DNA of 55,211 bases, taken from Girardia tigrina. Its lineage: Eukaryota. The DNA is taken from assembly GCA_001938485.1 (NCBI GenBank), contig MQRK01188983.1, positions 1 to 55,211 of the forward strand, written 5' to 3'. Shown here one piece after another: positions 50,126 through 55,211 of the stretch (positions are counted from its first letter, which is position 1; each line of letters begins with the position of its first letter). Both the position numbers and the translations under genes were made by a program. The notes beneath the pieces are model-generated. The model was not told the origin of the DNA and did not search any database. It worked only from the letters and a program-made list of their open reading frames with translations.

Positions 50126-52779
50126 TAATTTCAAATTAATTCAGACCAGCTAGGTTAACACAATACTAAAGATTTCAGTTTCCACTTAAGGCTGAATTTA
50201 AGTTTAAATAAAATTTTCATTTAAGATTTAAGTGTAATACATCTATCCGTCAATTTCCACGGAAGAATATATTTAAATATTGTTGGGTATTTGAATTAAA
50301 CTCGGTTTTATCCTTGTTTCTATTAAATTTCTAATCTGACTCCAAACGGCCAAAAGGGTTTTTTCCAACAATAATATATGAAGAATGAACACAAATCCTT
50401 TTAATATACTTTATTTGTAAATGATAACTTGATCACAAAATTAAATCGTAACTTTAACAATAAATCAATATTTTGAAGCACACTCAACCAGCACAAACCA
50501 ATATCAATTTAGAACGAGCAATATCTGAAATTTATGATTAAATTTTTCTCCTTTACAGGATACTAAATTTGTTAAGTAAACAAAAATTAAATAAAGAAAG
50601 ATTACCGTAAATCATAATAAAGTTTAAAGATTTAATAGAGTCCGCAAGTTTAATTTTTGTCCGTAATTTTGTTGTGAATATGACTGAAATAATTATTGTT
50701 TATATACTAGTTTTTAAATAACCTTGAAAATTAGTTTGCTAAAACAATTCTAAAAATATTTACAAATATTCTACAAATTTTATTAAAATAACTATTATGA
50801 TAAAAAAATTATTAATTTTAACCAGAGAATAATTTTTAATTTTCTATTAGATTTTAAAATTTTAATTTATATTTTTCGGAACCCCAACAATATTAATATA
50901 AATATTAGTAATAATAAGATAATATTTTTATTATAATATTTACAAAAAATAAATTTGTATTTATAAAAAATTCTATAAATATTTAGGTAATATAAAATGT
51001 CTTTTAAATTATGTTTTATTTACTATTTTTAGGACTGATAGAAAAAATTAATTTGACTAAATATTGTGTAAGTGTCCAAACTTTACGTTATATATACATT
51101 GGAGTATTACCATATAAATGATCTCCTTTTATAAGTCGAGGAGTACAAACTGTAAAGTTAGAGGAAAACATATTTTAATACGTTAATCAATAATCGGAAA
51201 TGAAATTTCTCTTCTTGTCGAAGTTGAAGTTTGATTTCCTTAAATATACTTTAATAATACTTGTTGAACTCGTTCATCGATTTCGCGAATTCAAGAAGTG
51301 AAATAAAGTCAAAAGGAATTTAATAATAATTTAATAATCAGTTTTTTTAATCAATATTAAATTTTATATAGAGGAAATCTTAACTTCGAAAAAGCAATTA
51401 AACACACATGGGAAAAAATTCTTTTAAATTTATTCAATCATTTTAATTTGAGTTTTTTAAAATTAAAATAAAGATATGTTTCGGAATTTTAAGCTAAATT
51501 TATATTTCTATTTATTGTTATTTTTTATTCAAATGTCTCCATTAATACCGAAAAACATTTTTTCAATTTGGATTCGTTTTTTGTTGAATGAATATCGTAG
51601 AATTGGTAATCATCATCAGGTCAATTCACACCATGTACTGGACTAGCACTCTATACGGAAACATACCAAAATTTAATATCACTTAACCAATACATTATGG
51701 GATTAAAATAAAGTTATTTCATGTTTCCTAAAAATTAGGCAAAATGCACTATACACGGTCAATTTCATTCTCGCAAACTAACAATTAGTTATCAATGGCA
51801 CTTTGAGAAAACGATATGTTTTCTATTTTGTTCTATACTTTATAATGTAACAGAGACAAATGATAAAGATAATTACTGATAGCCAATCAAAAGCTAAACT
51901 TTTAGGCGGAACTTCACACACTCCGTGGAATCCACTCAAATTTAACATTCACATCAAACCAAAAATAATCCTTAATTTATTGGCAAAAAAATAAAAAATA
52001 ACTTAATTTTAATCCAATAGTTTATAAGTTATATGTTATTTAATTTTTTGTTTCCGTATTTTTATTGTCTTGCACTAGTCAATGTGTCACCAGTCTCAAA
52101 CCTGGTTCATCAAACACTTTAATCAATATTTTTCAGTACGATATTGTCGGTTAAAAACCGATATACAATAAGGGGTACCCATCTTTTTTCCACGAACCAT
52201 ATTTGTAAAAAACGAAAATTTAATTGACCAAATATTTAAATAGTAAGGAGATAGTTAAAATTTTCGACACTATGAATAATTTTTTTAATAAAAAAATTTT
52301 CAAAAAGTAAATAATTTTGTAATACAAAAACAGACTTTAAAATCTAAAAGTTGATATACTCAGTAGATATTTTTAAAAAAGGAACTTTAAAAGAAATAAT
52401 AAAATAAATAAAAGCTATTGCGTAAATTTATAATATCAAGCTACTACAAAAGTATTTTAAAGAAATTATATAGTTTCTTTACAAATTAATTTTAAAATTA
52501 GATGTTTATATAAATGGAAAAATTAATTTTAATGTGCTTAGAATTTATTTTAAAAATGCACAATAAAAAGTTAGTTTAAATAAAAATTTCAACAGAGTCA
52601 GAGTTTAATAATAATATTTTTTAAATTTTGGTTGCATTTTATTTAAATGGAATAATTTAATTGTATTGGTAATAAAATTTTGGTGTTGAGTTATGAGCAT
52701 TGAATAATTTTATAATGAAATTGATATAAACGCTACATACATATCACTAAACGACGAGAAAATACTTTCAATAAATGAA

Positions 52780-54235
52780 GCTTTGAAAGAAACGATAATC
52801 GTGTATCCTGACAGAATCGTACTACTGGAGCAATGAAACTACTGAATACGACGGATGGAGAATTCTCCACAATGGCTGTTCAATTGGAACACGAAGAGAA
52901 AGAGGAGTTGTGCTGATAATCAGAGAACATGACCCGACCAAACTGGACTTTAGACCAATTAATGATCGTCTTTTTATTTGCAGATACATCAGGAAATCAA
53001 TTACACTATCGGAGTGTATGCTCCGACGGACTGCGGTTATACACATGAGGAAAAAGAGAATTTCTATCAAAATCTGCAGGAGGAAATAGAGAAGGAGAAG
53101 AAATTTACGAGTAAAAAATGAAACTACTAATTTGAGGAGATTTTAATTGTAGGTTGAGAAGCACTGAATAATACAAAGCGGTTGTAGGTATCTATGTCAC
53201 TGGAGTGAAGACATCGCACAACGGGTAGCTGCTTACCGAGATGGCGATATCATGTGGATTGCGCGTTGAAAACACATTTTACAGGAAAAAACTTAGCCAA
53301 AGAACTAACTGGACTAACCCAGCAACATATAAGACGTCATTACTGGATCTCTTTCTTATTGAAAGAAATCGAGCTAATAGGTACACGAACATCCGAAACT
53401 ACTCAGGATTCGACTGTGGTTCCGACCATGATTTGGTAGTTATAACTGCCAGAGTCCGAGAAGAAGGAAAAGATCAAAGAGGCTAAGAAACTACAGAAAC
53501 ACTCGCAAACACAAGATGCCGGATCGAGAAGCAATCATGAAACTATAGTCGAAACATTTCCACATGTTCAATTTTCAGGTACGATTGGAAGTCTACCAAT
53601 CAAAGAATCTGCGATGTGGTCCTAGGAGCAAGCACAAGATCGAAGCCAACTCCTTCGCATCAAAATTGAATACATGACCACCTAGAGAAGTTACAGAAAC
53701 TCATATGAAAAAAATGGGTGCGACGCACTGAGTACGCACACTAAACTACGTATCTTCTGTAAATCACAATCGAAGGAGAACATTCTGTCTACTCCCTCAA
53801 ACCCTATTTGGAACAAGGAGCTGACCAACCATTTCAATAATCTTTTTAGGGTCCTTTTAGAGCAGAAAGAACGGACTGAAGTTGCTGGAAACACTAAATT
53901 TCAATGATTTGGATTCTCCTCCGACGAGAGAAAAAATTTGGTAGGCAGTGCAATCCACTCAAATTTAACATTCACATCAAACCAAAAATAATCCTTAATT
54001 TATTGGCAAAAAATAAAAAATAACTTAATTTTAATCCAAGCTGAAGAGTGGGACTGCCGCGGGATCTGATGGACTGATCCCTGAAATCCATAAGTGGGGA
54101 GTGTGAAAAAAACTTACCCTCCTGAAGGCGTGCTTTAGGAACATATGGAACTGACTAGAGACATTCCGACCAAGTTGGAGAGTGGCCAAGGTGGTAATTC
54201 TCTTCAAATGGAAAGGCTCTTGAAAAGATCCAAAG
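52780..54235 (+). mobile_element. RTE-like non-LTR retrotransposon remnant (AP endonuclease plus start of RT)
   Basis: GVYAPT, EKENFYQNLQ, GDFNCR, GLRVENTFYRK, LDLFLI, GSDHDLV, then KLKSGTAAGSDGLIPE and AKVVILFK.KGS.KDP. Confidence 0.88.
53952..54039 (+). repeat. 88-bp near-identical copy of 51929-52017 inserted in the LINE
   Basis: Identical except for one A in a poly-A run; both copies begin and end with AATCCA. Confidence 0.92.
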
Positions 54236-55211
54236 ATAAAGAAATATTTATAACAAGAAAATAATCAAACTATTTTAAGAGGTAAATAAAGAAAAATAAA
54301 TTTTAAAAGAAGAGTATAAAAGGAAAGATTGTATGAAAGAAAGGACGATAAAAATTTAAAAACCTTAATTATATATCGAAAGAAGAGAGTAATTAACAGT
54401 CAATTAAGAAGTTAATTAAGAAGGTCAATAATTTAAGGAAATTATTCAGATCGAATAAGTAAATCACCTGCGAAGATTTAATTGAATTAATTAAAGAATA
54501 ATTAATTCATCGATCAAGTATAAAAGGCACTTGATCAAGGCAACGTTAACACAAAATATTGATCACCAGATCATCTAGTGGAAATAATAAAAAGTCAAAA
54601 TTGGAACAAGAGAACTCTTCAGAAAAATTTAAAAAGTGCGGAAGAATTTTGAATTAATATAAGTATATATTTTCAGTAATATATTTTATATATATCTAAA
54701 CTTTATTTGAAGTAAACGAATTTCGTTTCTTCATTTTACTCAGTATCTAAAATCAAATGAATAAGATTAAGTCTTTTTTAAAAATCATTGCACAAATTTG
54801 ATCAACAATAAATATGTTGAGGTAGGAAAAACATATTTAAAAATTCTGTAAAAGTATTTAAAAGTAGTAAAAAATAAAAAATATTTTAATTACGTATTTG
54901 TTTTAATTAAACGGGTATAATAAAATTTATTTACCCTTTTATCATATTAAATATTATTTATATAAAAACAAAGGAAATAAAATAATTTTAAAAGGTAAAT
55001 ATATCAAGATAAAGAAGAAATTATTTATATGTGAAGGAAAAATAATTTATTTTAGAAGATAAACAAAGATAATTATATATAAAAGAAAGGCTATAAAAAG
55101 AATAGAAATCTTAAAAGAAAAGTGCAAAAAAATAATTATTTTAATTAACTCCTAGAAAGCGATTTTAATTGAAAGATTATTATTTGAAGGATTGTGTGAA
55201 AGAAACGACAC

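Overview
Very AT-rich eukaryotic (metazoan) scaffold with N gaps. There is no prokaryotic-type content and no complete intact gene. Candidate introns of 20-35 nt hint at a genome-reduced parasite such as a myxozoan, but this is inference only. The window is mostly nested mobile DNA: a Gypsy LTR element with 106-bp AGTT..AACT LTRs, an internally deleted Chapaev3 element, a pogo-like element, mariner/Tc1 remnants, hAT, Harbinger, piggyBac and mariner MITEs, an RTE-like LINE, a zinc-finger (R2/NeSL-like) fragment, and Penelope-like ends carrying minimal hammerhead-ribozyme motifs. Decayed host-gene fragments are also present (HEATR5, alpha-tubulin, EGF/kringle, ADAMTS-like, RRM-like). The most striking signal is a dispersed family of about 10 copies of a 410-530 bp element with TGTGAGGAA...GTTCTTAATA termini and 5-bp target-site duplications. 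Its two terminal blocks vary like protein-coding sequence in permuted order: a C-terminal block with a stop near the 5' end, and an ATG-initiated Cys-rich block running off the 3' end. All alignments and translations were done by eye, and protein-family matches are from recalled motifs, not database searches.
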